Source: Sphagnum compactum (lineage: Eukaryota). Taken from it: a stretch of DNA of 64,000 nucleotides. The notes under the pieces were generated by a model. The model was not told the origin of the DNA. It saw only the letters and a program-made list of their open reading frames with translations, and searched no databases. Shown one piece after another: positions 38,033 through 52,900 of the stretch (its first letter is position 1; each line of letters begins with the position of its first letter). Made by a program: the position numbers and the translations under genes. The stretch is from positions 10,292,001-10,356,000 of the forward strand of contig OZ234494.1 of the NCBI GenBank assembly GCA_965153455.1. The letters run 5' to 3'.

Positions 38033-41000
38033 AAATGTTTTTAATGTTATATTCACAATTCCTATTTTATTTTATTTTGTAAGATATGGTTTGTGGTTGG
38101 AACCTAATTTAATGTGAATGAGATTTAAATTATTTTGTGTGCTTAGGGTTTATCTTAAATGTGTGGTTTTGTAGTCTAAAAATTTCAAAACACATAGAAA
38201 GAATATGAGGTGTGGTTGACCTCAAGGTTTGTTGATTTTTTATGTTTTACTTTGAATTTGGATTCTTGTAACTACACGTCTACATTTTGTAATGCAAAAG
38301 ATGAATTTCATTTTTCAATGCTAGAACTAGATTAATTTGTGTTCAAACATTGGTATTTGTGTTTGAAACAAATGTGTTGCAACTAGGGGTGGGAGTTGAT
38401 GTAAAACAAATTATTGATCTATTGAAGAAGCTTCACATGTGAAAGTTTTGATTTTGGGGTGATTTTCCATGAATCAACATTTAAAATATTAAACTTCAAA
38501 TAGGGCCTAACATATATCAAAAGGCATATCACATGATCAAATGTCTTCAAGCACATAGGGATTGTGTACCATAGAAAAGTAGGGTTGTGAAGCAAGTACA
38601 CCATCAAATGACCACCATCACTATTTATTATGGAACTTGGGGGTGGTTGACAACAAATGAACATGGATCACCATCATCAATTGATGTAAAACTCAATTGC
38701 AAGGTGGTTCAATTGTTGCAGATTGAGGTTGAAAGGACATTGCATCCAACTTATGATTGTCATGGCATTAAAAGCTTGAATTACCATTGCCATGGCACAA
38801 GAACATGGAACCCTTGCTACAACTTGCCCATGGTTGTGAATTTTTTAAGGCAATGCACTTTTGTTCAAAACTTTTGAGTTCAAGCACAAGCTAAATTGCA
38901 ACTTGGGAACATCTCGAACTTCAAATCCTATATAATAAAATTGGGATTTGAATTTCATGAATATTGGGTAATTTTCAAGGGTTGGAAATGGTTACAATAT
39001 GGTGGTGGGATTGGTGTCAAGTCATGTGTGTAGAAACTTACAATGGCCATTGATGGTGCCCATCAATATCACACTAGTCCTTCAAGGTTTTTCCAAACTT
39101 CAAAGCACCAAGGGTTCACAAGGTTTAAATGTCACACTCTATATCACAAGCTTGATTTTTGTCTTATGATTTTCATCCACAAATTGTAGGCACGAACATC
39201 AATAAGTTGGATGATTGTTGGCAAATGTTCAAACAAATTTGACCTTATGCGTATATCAAGTAGCTAGTTGGTGAATGAAGGTTGGTAACCAACCATAGTT
39301 TGGAGCATATAAATTTGGTTTTATTACTAAATGTATCATGGACATTTCTAATATTGTGATATTTTCCTATTCAATGATACGATATGACATTTTTTTGTGT
39401 ACATCATAATTTGCATTCACCCTATCCAAATATTTAATAAGTATCATAAAGATACCACTAAAGAAAAAGATTTTAGCCCCAATATAAAAAAACAGCAAGA
39501 GGTTTAATTTTGAAATTTGGATTCAATTTGGAAATTCATTGTAGTCCTTCATATAAGGTTAAATTCACACCTTTTTTATGCCATTGGATTCTTGAAAAAA
39601 ATTGTGCATGTGGCAAAAATGAATAATGTTTAAACTATAATTTTTTGGAGGTTATTCACAAGCGCAAAAAATGGGTGGAGTTAGTGCACAACAATTTGTC
39701 AATTCAACAATCAAACATCCATGTGGGTAAACATTACTTACTATTCTCACATGTTAAAAGGAATGTTACTCCATCAATAGACATGGAAATTCACTCCATT
39801 AACTTTTTCTTTTTCTTTGATAGCTTGTTGTAATATGTCAAAAAATGAAGGGTAATAATATCCATGCTAGTTGTTTAATTATTATGTGATTCCCCCACTA
39901 TTGTTTGTTGAGTTATATGCATGTGCTTCCTATCATTATGTTGGTTGGGCTATTGTTTCTTTTTAGGAAGTAAAGGGATTTATTAAGTTGTGTCTCATTG
40001 ACCTACAACTTTGAATAAAAACATGTTATGGAGTTGATAACTTGGTAGTGTGTGATTATTGTGTAAGATGAGAGAAACCCAAGGTGAAAGGTTACAAACC
40101 TTCCCATTTGTGTTAATTGTCATAATGAACTTGAAGAATTATAATTGGACCTTGATGTGATTCATAATCAAACATGGGACAAGGCTAACAACCAATTCAA
40201 ACCATTATGTAGGTCCTACTTGTCATGGGCATGAAAACTACCACAACAATGAAATTTCCAAAATACACAAAACATGTCTAAATCTAAATTTAGCCATCAA
40301 ATATGATATTCAAAGATAAATACACAAGGTGTGCAACAAAAAGGTTAAAATGAAAATTTATTATGATAAAATAGGAAAACATGAACACGCATTAGAAGGA
40401 GATGATGCCTAATTCACCATATAATTTATTACGTTGTGTAGTGAATTAGGTAGACTTTTGTCACACTAGAAGCAACCTTTTGCCTATTAATCAATGACCA
40501 ATATGATCACTATGGACATGTTATAATCATTACACATGAATAGAATTTGGCTGTTTGAATTAAGGATAAGGTTTAAATTTATGGGGCATAATGTATGTGA
40601 ACTTGAAAATGGTACAACTCACCATCCTTAGAAGGATGTGTTCAAAGTTTTGAAAAAAACAACTTAGACCACAAGGTCATTAGAGATTTTTCAAAAAAAT
40701 TAACATTTTTGTGATTTCCTTTGGGGGAAGGGAGGATGATATTGATGACCCTAGATCCATTAGAGATCAAATTTCAAAAAACAAGTGGGCATTGTTTTGT
40801 CCTAAAAATGGAAGTTACATTTCAAGACATGAATGTGGGCCAAAAGGTTAAAGAATTTGAAATTTAACACTCTCTTGGGCCTATTTCCTTGGTCATGACT
40901 TAGCAAAAGACCTTTTCAATGGCATATCACACATTCCAATTGGAGCTTATTTGACCCTTTCATTAAACATTTTAGTGATGAAAAATTGAATTGCCAATTC

Positions 41001-41879
41001 ATCTAGCCATAACTAAGTAAAAACACATAATTAAGGCATATCCACTTTAGGCAAAAAAAATGTCACAATGTTTAAAATAATTATAGTATTTTTTATGAAA
41101 TATAGTTGTAGTCAAACATTATAAATTGTTTGAATGGTCAAAATGTAAACAAATGGTTAAGAGGTAAATTTACTTACAACCATTTTAATTTTGATATTAT
41201 GGTCAATACCATCCAAATTGATAATATGTACAATGTATACGTCACATATCACATGTACTTTGAAGTTATTTTGTGATGCCAAAAACAACATTCCTACTTT
41301 TGGTTCCATGTCACTTTCATGAACAAAAGTTAAATGAAAGGAAAAACACAATGCCCTTTTCATATATGTACTCAAATCTTTCACTTAAAGGTGGGGTTTT
41401 TAAAGAAAAACAAAATCCTACTGCATTTATGGATAGGAAAACCACACATTTGATGAATGACATACATTAGGAAAATATCACGACTACAATATGTGGCCAA
41501 GTTCATTCTATGTTTCATTAAAATTTGAGTGGATTTGGACAAATTTACCACGTTGAAAGTAACTAGCTGCCAACACCTTAATGAATGGGAACCAATTGTT
41601 ATGGACATAATGAATTCATTAATGGCTACTTTGATTCACTATGTTAGCCTCCCATTCTTAAACTCGGTTAAAAACCTAAGCTAGACAACCTAGCATACCA
41701 ACTTGTGTTAGGGGTCCTAGGCTAGGCCACCTAGGCTAAAAAGATGGGCAACTTGTACAAGTTAGAATTTGATCCTTTCACCTCTACTTTCAGGGACAAA
41801 TTGTTTACCACTACATCTATTTTTTTATGTGCAATAGTTTGTCATCACATTTTTATCAACTTTGTTTTTATCCTACTTA

Positions 41880-42500
41880 AATAGCCTACTCAACCTACCC
41901 TAATTAACTTACCTTAACTTATATAAGCCTAGGTAAGCTAGGTTAACCTAGGGCCTACTTAAGTATACCTAAGGTCAACATAGGTCTATTTAGGTTTTAT
42001 TTAAAGACTTGCCTAGTGCCAACATAGGCCTATTAAATGGTTACCAAAGGTTTTTAAAGCTTATTTAAGTAGGGTTATGTAAACCTACCTAGGGGTATTA
42101 TAAGCCACCTTAGGGGTTATGTCAACTACCTAGGGGCTATGTAAATTGTTAATTAAGGGTTATGTAGGCTACCTAGGGCCTCCCCATGTTGCATAAAGAC
42201 CTGGTTAGAAGCTACCTATGTTACCAATGGCTTAATTATGGAAAACATAAATCTACATAAGGGTTACATAGGCTATATTAAGGCTACCTAGGAACAACAT
42301 AGGCCTACCTATGGGCTATGTAAACTTACATAAAGACTAGATTGTAAACTACTATGGGGATATGTAGGCTACCTAAACCTTATTTAAGGGCTATATTATT
42401 TACATAAAACCTATTTAATTACACCTACATTGGTTATTTAAAGGAAATATAGGCTACCCTATGGTATATACATAAGCTACCTCATGCCTACCTCGGGATA
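41880..42500. repeat. Degenerate low-complexity array (ctacctaggg / taggct variants)
   Basis: Repeated ctaccta and tatgtag/tatgtaa motifs. Confidence 0.7.
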
Positions 42501-42589
42501 ACAATCTAGGTTAAAGTATATTCAAATGTCTATGAACCACTTGGCTCATTACTTTACTATATATAAGATTCATGATTTTGTTCGCACCC

Positions 42590-44110
42590 ATAATATCAAG
42601 CATATGGTGCAATTAAAGCATGATTTGCAAATAAATGTTTTCTTTGTTAATGAATGCACTATGTTATTATAAACAAACTTTACAATGGACAAAAGGTCTA
42701 ACCAATTATTTTGATGATAATTGATTACACTTAGTGCAAATATTGTTCCAAGACTTGGTTGATTCATTATGTTTACCCATTTGTCTAGGGGTGGAAAAAG
42801 GACAATAATTTCACTTTCACACCTAAAACCACAAAGAGTTTTTTCCAAAGATTGGATGCAGATTGACATCCATGATTAAAAATGATGTATTTAGGGAAGT
42901 TATGATATCAAAAAACATGATCAAAAAATTATTTAACGTTTTTTCCCAAGTTATTGTTTTGGTCCAAAGAATTAAGTGAACCATTTTTATTATGTGATCC
43001 ATCATTATCAAAATGGCGTTATATGAATTGAAAGATGGAAGATTCATGATGAAATCCATGGATATTAATGACCACAATAATGTAAGGATTAGTAATGGTT
43101 GAAGGAATCCATGAATGCAACAACAAAGATTTTTTTTTCAAGCACAAATATCATATGATGTAATAACCTTCTTCACATAATTCCAAAAATGTGGCCACAA
43201 ATAATCTTGAGATATTAACTTCATGGTTTTGTTGAATCCAAAATGGCGTGTAGGTAAAACATCATACTTGAATTGAAAAACTTAGAGCCAAGTAGGGCCA
43301 TCAAGTATGTACAAAAACTTGTCATGGTATAAGAAACCAACTCCCAACACTTGAACTTATCATGATCGTTTGAAAAAAATTGAATTTGATCTTGATTTTT
43401 CAATTGGCCTTTGATGCCAATAGCAAGGGGATATTCTTTCAAATTTTCAAGAGCCTGACAAATAAACATTTTGTCATCATTAGTTATTAGCAATGCTTGA
43501 AATTGAAAGTGTTAAAGTTTTAAAATAATATCACATTATTGAGCATAGGCTATATCTCCCTCTTTAGGTGCAAGGCATGAATGATGGGATAATGTGTCTA
43601 GTTTCCCCTACTAGTGCCCAAGATGGTATGTGATGATGAACTGTAATCAAAACAAGGACAATGCCCATTGAACTTAATGTTGATTCAAAACATGAGCAAT
43701 CATGAAATATACTGGAGGTTTTTGTGGTTGGAATACACAATGATTTCATGTTGTGTTTTATAGAGTGAATGATGCTACTTCTCAAAAACATTCACGATGA
43801 CCAATAGTTTTTTTGGTCATGAGTATCATAGTTAATATCAATAGGAAAAAATTTAAAATTGAAAGTCAACAAGATGAAAAATATCTTTTTTAAGTTGTGA
43901 AAACAAAACACCTAATGCAAAGTTATAAATATTTGTTTCTAAAACAAATGGTTTCAAAAGGTTCACATGAATCAAAAATTGTGAAGGGTGCCTCCAAAGA
44001 TTGGAAGGTAACTTTAGCTTCAACTTAAACAAAATGTATTTTTACACTACTATCAAGTATTTGAATTGGACTTAAAATTTGTGGCAATTTGAAAAATAAA
44101 ATTCAAATAC
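42590..44110 (-). pseudogene. Highly decayed Ty3/gypsy pol fragment (RNase H to integrase)
   Basis: WSLISMDFIMNLP..ILIMMDHIIKMVHL and NYHQNNWLDLL..FVYNN resemble the integrase at 7350-7770; PFVLETN..FALG RNase H remnant near 43915-43955. Confidence 0.8.
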
Positions 44111-46279
44111 TTGAAAGTAAGTGAAATGTTTTTGCAAATATTTGGTTTTTTTCATGCACCTCAATATTGATGTGGTAAACATTCCAATATAATTTTTTTT
44201 AGTTAATGGAGTTTTTTTTTCATAATTAAAATCATCCCCAACCCCTAAAAAATGACAAAATTGTTGGGGATACTTTTGGGGTACTTTTTCAAGTCCAAAT
44301 GATATGAAACAAATTGCTTTGAGAAACTAAAGGAAGGCTAGAGATGCCCATGAAAAAAAAAAAGTTTCATTTATTTTGAAATGCTAGAAGAAGGTTAAAA
44401 GTTCAAAAAAATATTTTTTTGGTGTTTTCAAGTAGAAAACAAGGTAGCAAGCATGTACAAAATATCTTGCTTGCACCTGATGAGGGTAATGTAACATGAA
44501 CATGGGTCAGTTGGTGATGTGGGTATTGCAATTTGAGGGGTTTTATGGAGAGCCCAAACCATTGACAAGAGAAGATCAAGAGTTTGCAATACCCACATAA
44601 ATAAACTAGTCTATGCACCAAGGGGTCATTTCATGAAGGTAGACAATATAAGTATATAAAAGTTTTTTTTTTTTTTCCCCCTTAAGGTTATTATGCAAGT
44701 ATTTCATGATAAGGATAATGAAAATATTGCATAGTCATTCATTTTAATAATGACCTTCAACTTGCATTCATGAAAATATTACTTAAATGTTTTAACATGG
44801 CCATAAAATGTGTTAACCTTATTAGATGAAACTATTTTTCATTTGGTTTATGGTAAATATAATCCATCCATGGTGGATGGGGGTATTGTGTGCACCATGG
44901 CATTAAATGATCCCAAAATCTACAAATCCCAAAATCAAATTTCAAAATTAAAACAAGTGGGTTGATACAAAAAATTCAAGTAACCACACTACAAAAATGA
45001 TGGGTACATGCACTAAAGCTTCACTACAAGTTCAACTACAATGACATATATATGATTATTCATTCAAGGAGGAACTAAATGCAATGCCCATATTGGTGCA
45101 ATAGTTTGTTGTAGCTACTACAACTTTTGCTACATGATGATGAGTGAACAATAGACAATGTTCAAGCACAAGTCAAATCACATTAACCACAAAAACTTCC
45201 TTTGGGTTGTTCAAAATACAAACATTTATAGAAATGTGGTCTTGTCACCTAAAACCCCTAAAACAAATAGATTAACATCTAGATCTACCTAGTTGCATCT
45301 AAAGGCCATGTGTTTGGTCCAAGTGTTTACGAAACAACCACTGGCCCGCATAAGAATTAATGCATGCATCACCTTGCAACACCCTCTTAAGCCTTCATGA
45401 AACCATTCATTCTCTTTCATTGCATCTTCATGCTCATATTGCATTAGAGGAGGAACCATTTGAGGCACAGGATCTGGGTTTGAAATTGTGTCTACAAAAA
45501 AATCCAACAATTTGCGGAGAAAATTCAACAAGTTTAACATAACATGATGGGTATTGCACCCCACCATCTTTTTTAAATGATCAAGGTATTGCATATCAAA
45601 ACCCTTTTAGCAACACAAAGAAGATGACAATCAACTACTCATCATTGTCTTCTACAGCATAATGCAAAGTAAAAGAAAATTTTAAAAAGTACCAAAAGGG
45701 GGTAGGGTGCAGAGTGTACTTGGAGACATAGGCAACGGTGTGATGGAGCTCACATTAGAACAAGTGTTGGTGATGGCACAATGGAGCTCACATTGGAACA
45801 AACAATGGCGATAAAGATGGAGTTGTGCGCATTACTCCTTTAGTCATTTGAGACTAGAGTGTTAGGCCCACCAAAAATGCAAGGGGAAAAGGAAGAGGGG
45901 TTGTAGGCCTTAGAATGGGGTTGATAGGTTTGTAAAACGGGTTTGAAAAAGAAAAGCCCAAAAAAAAAGGGGGGATTTTTTTTATAAACCCGCCCAAATT
46001 GAAATTGTTGCAAGTGGTTGCCCAACCCAAAGTCGGTGGATGAATTGCCCTCCATCCAAAACGAGACTGGTGCAGTCATGGGGGCTGGTTCACTCAAGCC
46101 ATATTTCTTGACTTTTTGTATTTACCCTTAAAGTTAGGCTGTTATATTAAAATCAACATACATGCCCAGCAATGGTTCACTGTGGCCCCCAAATAAAGAA
46201 AAGCAAGTTCTAGAAAGCCGGAGAAGGTGGTTGAGTTCTATCCTTTTACTCAAGGTATCATCTCAAATAAGTATTCACG

Positions 46280-46318
46280 TACTGTGATGATGATGAGGGT
46301 TTCATCATCATCACAGTA
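46280..46318. repeat. Perfect 17-bp inverted repeat (hairpin) followed by CTAG
   Basis: TACTGTGATGATGATGA-gggtt-TCATCATCATCACAGTA, then ttCTAGt. Confidence 0.85.
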
Positions 46319-47189
46319 TTCTAGTTATATTATTTACACAAGAGGGAAAAGCCACCATCCTTGCATATGTTGTGAATGGACAGAAATGCAAGAAATGGTG
46401 AAGTAGGCTCTCGAGGCATGCATGTGTCGAATGTAACAGAATAAAAGGTACTTATTTGGAGTATTTATTTGTCTTCCAAGTCACTTGCATGAATCCAGTG
46501 TCTACAACCATCCACGCCCAACATGATAGGGCCATTTGCATATGCCTAAGACCTACCATTAAAATTGTTGTTTTCGAACAACCTTACAATATGTTACAAG
46601 AATAAACCATCACAAGTGTTGTAACTTGTGAGAGAAATCTTACATAATGCTGACAGAAACATGAATGAGGTTATTTCTCCTTCTGCTTTCTGTAAGCCTC
46701 ATAAGCCACAGAGTTTTTTACCTCACACATATGTCATGGTTTCACATGACAGACAGGTCCAAAGTCCAAACCTCCAAAATCCAAACTTCCACTACATCAC
46801 AGAGTTGAAAAGTGAAACAAAGAAATAACTTGATTGTGTTTCAGATCTCAACTCGGAAGCAAGTGTTGTTTTTCTTTCTTTTTTGGTGAATTTTCGCATT
46901 GTGGGTGGCCACCAAAAACAGTGGGAGGCTACTCATACAAAGGCTTTTTTTGAGAAAAAAGAAGGCCCCAAGTTGCCATATTTGGAGGGGAAAAAGTCTG
47001 AATTCACCAAATTTAGACTAGGTATAGGTTCAAAAACAGGTTGCCAAACTAAGGCGGTGAATCTTAACAAATTCTACTTTTCTCTGACATCGTGTAGCCA
47101 AATTCAGCTAATTTCTCGTGTATAATGGCTACACCAGATGCCTCACAAATTTGAAACAAATAAACAGCACTGTGAAAAAAAGATTAAAT

Positions 47190-47830
47190 ACCTGAATAAT
47201 AATCTTTGTTCAGTATAAAGCTGTGTAACAAATGTCAAAACTCAGGGTCTTGCAACAATCTAGAAGTGACACAAGGAGCTGATTTGAGGACAAAAGCCCA
47301 ATCATGAGCAGGTGTGGATTTGGGAAGCCAGTAAAGAAAACTATTAGCAAGTCAAAGAGGGAGTCATAAGTCTCATCCTCAACACCAAAACCCTAAAATA
47401 AAATTTCAGAAAAAAATAAAGAAAAAAAGAACACATTGAAAAGCACATTAAATACCTTCAACTAACTTTTTTGTTCAGAATTGGTATTATGTGCCATAAA
47501 CTCAGGATCTTTGCAACAATTGTAACAAATGCCATAAACTGGGGGTCTTTGCAACAATTTGTAACAAATGCCATAGACTCAGGGTCTTGCAACAATTTAG
47601 AAGTGACATGAGGAGGTGATTTGATGAAGACAAAAACCCAAGCATCTGGATTCTGGAGGCTTGGCTTTGGGAGGCCAGTAAAGTCTGAGAGGTAGTCAGT
47701 CAGTCATGAATGAGTCTCCTCCTCAACACCAAAAACCCAAAAAAATTATAAAAAGAAAAAAAAATGGAAGATTGACACTCAAAATTAAATTATACCTTCA
47801 AATTTATTTATATTTAGTATTTTTTGGTTC
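47190..47830 (-). repeat. Two degenerate tandem copies of the BAHD gene 3' end
   Basis: 47214-47354 and ~47490-47690 match 47850-47990 (ctcagggtcttgcaacaat...gggaagccagtaaag). Confidence 0.85.
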
Positions 47831-47841
47831 AGAATTTGTCA

Positions 47842-49909
47842 TTATGCTGCATAAAGCAATGTAACAAATGCCATAAACTCAGGGTCTTGCAACAATCTAC
47901 AAGTGACATGAGGAGGAAATTTGAGGACAAAAGCCCAATCATCAGCAGGTGTGGATTTGGGAAGCCAGTAAAGAAAAGCATTAGGAAGTCTGAAGTAATC
48001 AAATTTGAGACAACAAGGCTTACCCCACCCAAAATCACAAGACGTGAGCGAGTCATGAATCAGCCCTGCGACCATCACGTCTCTCTCGGGACGAAATTTG
48101 GCCGTAAAAGCAAAATTCTTCTCTCGCTCCATCCGGTTGCTGAAGGATTGAATGCACTCCCCAGTGGTGAATCTCTCCAGCGAGTTCTGGATCGTCTTTG
48201 CAGCATACCACATCTTCCTGTGCACAAGCTCCCCAACAGTAGTCACGGCAACTGCATCCAGTATTGCGTTTCCAAAATAGTTTGAAGGTATGTTGTCGCA
48301 TCGTGTTCTGCAGTTGATGGCAGGTATGAATTGGGTATCTTCCTCTTCTGGAAGACTGCGAGCTCGAATACTTGCTCGCCATACCAATGCGGAGATGGCT
48401 ACGTAAGAGCTCAGATTTCCCAGTACTGCAGCACACATGTTCTTCCCTTCTGTTGCATGACTAGTAGTGATCATATTTGCATCATGTTCTGCATCATCAG
48501 CTAGATATTCCTGTGCTAGTTGAGATTTGAGCTTCTTCAGCAGCTCCACTTTCACTTTCATGAACAACATGCAGCTTGATGAACCTGGTTTCATGCGGGG
48601 TCCGTGAGCCACCAAGATGGAGTTTGGAAACACCTCTTGTTTCATCCATGTCGGTGGAAGCTGCTGCTGCTCCGGCGGCATCGTCATCGTAGTAGTACTG
48701 ACTCCTGCACTCGGTGCTGTTTCTGAAATATTACTACTACTGTCTAGTGTCATGTGCGGCTGCAAATTGAGGATGTTTATGCGTGAGCGAAAATCGAAGG
48801 CTTCATGGGAGATTTGCAGGCTCTCCCCCTCAGTGCGAGTAACTTCAGCCCATGAGCTTACGAACTGTGCAAAGGAGGGTCCATCCACAGCCGCGTGACA
48901 GTACATAACCCCGACTGCGTATCCACCCTTGTCGAACGTCGTGAGCTGTTAATTTCATGAAATTTTTGGGAGACTTAGAGATTCTTCAAGTTCATGCAGA
49001 ACAGATCTTTCGACCCAATTAAATCCGAGTCCTTATATTCACAAGGAGCTCTTGGATGATTCCCTTGTGGGAAAATTGTCTAACTTCACTTCCAAGAATA
49101 GACTAAAAACGCAAGTAACAGGGAATCGTACTTAATATTGTATTCAAAGCTCAGCCACATCCAAACAAAGGGACGTTTGGAAGTACTCTAACCTGGGCAC
49201 CAAAGAGAGGAGCATCAGCTTCGAGACTCCCAATCTCCTGAAAACTAGCGCGATCAAGGGGAAAGAAGTTTTCATAGGTATAACACGACTTATCGTCCCG
49301 AAGCTCCTCGAGAGAGATAGGAGACGACGCCTCCACAAAAATCACTCCGCTGTCGTTGCATTCGATAGCCAACGTCCCATCTCCTTCCCGCACCAATCGT
49401 CCTACATGAGCAAAGAACATCATCGGTTCATCCCCTCGAAAAAGGCCACTGGTTCATTTTGTAAGCCAAATTCTCGACCGTCGATAAATGAAGTCGACAT
49501 TGCAAAATAATTTTTGCAATGGGTTTCAAGATCATCTGTATTCTCAGTTACCTGCGAGTGGGCGGCACTGGTCCAGAGCTTTTGAGAGGCTTTCTCTCAT
49601 CCTAACACTGGCTAATCCGGAGTTGAAGAATCCTTCCCCACTGCAGCCGCCGTCTTCCACAGCTTCTGGGTGGTGATCAAACAATAGCAATTTGAAAAGG
49701 AACCCAGTCTTGACCCTGCACATGTCAAATCCAGTGAGCGGCAAGTTACGAAATTGAGAATTCCAGGTAAAATGATGAATATCGCCCAGTGAGCCCTGCA
49801 GCTTGCAACTGGGCTTCACTAGCCATGAGTTCTGTACCAGCACTGGAAAGTTGGGTGGCCAGTCTAAACCACCACTAGTAGAAGAAGAAGAAGACGAAGA
49901 CTCCATCAT
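47842..49909 (-). CDS. BAHD-family acyltransferase, 3 exons, ~556 aa
   Basis: Exons 49909-49552, 49401-49193 and 48945-47842 with GT-AG introns in frame; PLAGRL, HAAVDG (HxxxD) and DFGWG motifs. Confidence 0.93.
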
Positions 49910-52900
49910 GCTTCAATATATGATTACAAACTCTTGAGTAAGAAATTCCTCTGCAAAATGTTTAGGTTCATGATATGGACTGCTAGTAGAAGATGAAGAA
50001 GAATCCATCATGCTTCAATATATGATCACAAACTCATGAGTATGAAATTGATGAAACCCTGCCAAGCATATAAAAACACAGAAGCACCCAAAAAAAGGGG
50101 AATACAAGGAGCCCAATCACAGAAAAACCAAAGCACCAAAAAAGGGGGAATACAACAAATTTGGCTAAGTCTTCCTGTGTATAATTACTACACAACCTAC
50201 ATGACAAAATTGGGAAAATTAATTTTTTTTTTAAAAACAACTGCCTCCACCAGTGTTGTTTGGGTTCAATTTTGTGATGTAGTCAAAGTTGCAATGATCC
50301 AGAGGAAGATTTGGCTGCAGATTTGGCTATGAAAGTAAGAAAATTAAACACCCTAGAACTATATTTTTGGCTACCTACTTGAACTGTGTAAAGAAATTTG
50401 GTAACTTCTCTGAAATTTTGATGGAATTCATAGTTGGCTATTGATCTTTTTTTCACTTTGCAAATGGATCAAGGGTTACACAGGATCAAGAGCATTAAGT
50501 ACATGTTTTAGTTTTCTTTTTGCTTCTTTCCTTCCCATTTTCTTTGAACACTACCAAAATATAAAAAGAAGACAAAGGAAAAATACATGAACAACAAAAG
50601 TTACTAGTGCTTGAATGTAGGTTTGAAGTTCAATGTAGGTTTCGATGTCACCATTTTGTGCTTTCTTCTTTGGTGTTGTTGCAACACCTTTGATCCTCCA
50701 ACTATTCAAGTACATCTTCAATGCCACTCTAAATTCCGTGGTGGAACAACTTCTCTACCTTGATTTTGTGCATTCTCTTGAATCACAAGGTTGACATAGG
50801 AGTTTCAATTTTGTTGTTAAGTTCGTTTAACGTTGGTTGTCATGGAACTACACCAAGGTTTAGGGTTTGTGTGTTTCCACAAAGGTTTGCAAATATATTA
50901 CTATGAAGTTGACCAATAATGTGTTTACTAACATTTATGAAAGCATTATTGCTTAGTGTCTAACTAGATCAGAAATAATTGGTAGAAATTCAATAATCTC
51001 CATTGAGGGGAACCATTAGGTTTCCATTTCAAGTTTTGTTTCAATTTACTATAAGTGCTTTAAAACTTTCAATTTTTTCCTCGTGTGCGAACCAAGGTCG
51101 CAATTTGTGAAGGGCGCCACTCAAAATATGGCAATCCAAGTGTGCACATTCGAGTGCAAGCAAAATCACCTTATTCAAGTGTTTGCAACTAGGTATTCTC
51201 TTCATCTGAGTCTTGCGGTGTAACATAAGGTGAATTGTAACATGGGAACTAATATTGTAACAACACTTGGCAGACACGTAATCATGATTTGGGTATCAAA
51301 CCTTAATTCTGGTGTTGCAAACCTATGAGTTGTGAATTCATTGTAAAGGGTTGAAGCTTTGTAAAAATCTAAAGCCCTTAAATGAGTAGAGAATAAATGT
51401 ATAGGGTTTTTATTATTAGGTTTCATTATTTAATTGCACAACTATGGCACAATTAATTGTGAAATAATTCTTTCTAACATGGTGGTGGGTTTAGGTTACC
51501 ATAAGAAGTAACACAAAGTCCAATGGCAGTTGGAAAAGTTTAGTGTTTTGGAGATTCTATATAATATGGCTACAAAGAAAAAGGAGATAGGATGGCCAAA
51601 TGGGTTTGAAGGGTTGTTGAAGTATTATGTGAAGTTCACACCTACTCGATTTATAGACCAATGGGTCACTCTTAACTTTATAATGAACTTTTATTAAATA
51701 TATTTTCATCACGAGTGACCCCATTAAATGACAAGAAGGATTGTCCTGACCTCTAGTGTGTGTATTGTAGAGGGGAATGGTCAAGTAAGCTACAACTTTT
51801 TGACCAGAGGTTTAAAGGGTGCCTGAATGGTCTCGTTGACCCAGGAACAAATAAACCCATCTCTATCCTAATGTTTCCCAATTTAGATAATGCCCAACTA
51901 TCGAAAAAACTAAAATGGTAAATCGAAAACAATGATGTTTCTTGTATTCAATTAAAGTTGAGGATCCAAGTTGAAGTAAATGCAAAAATAGCCTTGGAGA
52001 AAGTTCCAATCAATGGTGAACACATTCATGTCTAGGTGTGTAGGTTCAAATCTTTCAAAGGGTTGTTGTCGGAACCTCATTACAATAGACAATGTTGAAA
52101 AGGTACATAAAAACATCTGGGACAAAGGATGGCAAAATCAAAAGGGGGGCCATCACCTAAAAGGCGGCCTACAAGTACATCAAGCAAACATATTATAGAT
52201 GTGCCACAGGAACAACCAAATGATGATGACCCCAAAAGTTACAGAACAAATTACCAAAGAGAGCAAGTTGGTTCCTTCAAGTGATCAAAACACTTGAGTA
52301 CCACTGTTGGTAGTATAGGTGAGACCACTTTTCAAATGTTGACCTCATTTGATAATGTAGAAAAGTCGGATAACAAAGTTGAAAAAAATATCAAAGGACT
52401 TGACATCTTCCAACACATGCCACTACAACAAAAGATTCATGGAATAGCAATCTACCTCACTCCAACATGGGAAGGGAGAATGAAAGTATTGATATTCCTT
52501 CATACTTCCATCCATTTCCATTGCATCCAAATGTTGTTCTACGGGAGTTGCACAATCTGAAAAACATTCGTGCACGAAACCATTACTTGAAACTTGTAGA
52601 ATTTGAAGTTGATGAACATGTGATAGTCCCATGAGAAAGGCCCATACCTATGTTAATCAAGCTACAACCTGGCTTGTTTCACTTGCTTCCATACATGTTG
52701 AAGAAGTTCAATTGGGAGAGCTCTTCCTTGGATGATTTCAAAGCCAAGCTTGTAAGCTATCAGGCTTGTCCGAAGGGATGGGATGAATGGGTTGATATTG
52801 TGTTTATGGCACCATTTGGGTTGTGGACTCACAAAGACCAAGTAAGCCAATCATTAGTTTATGAAATCAGTGGTTTAAAGTTCCTTGGTTTTTGCCATGT

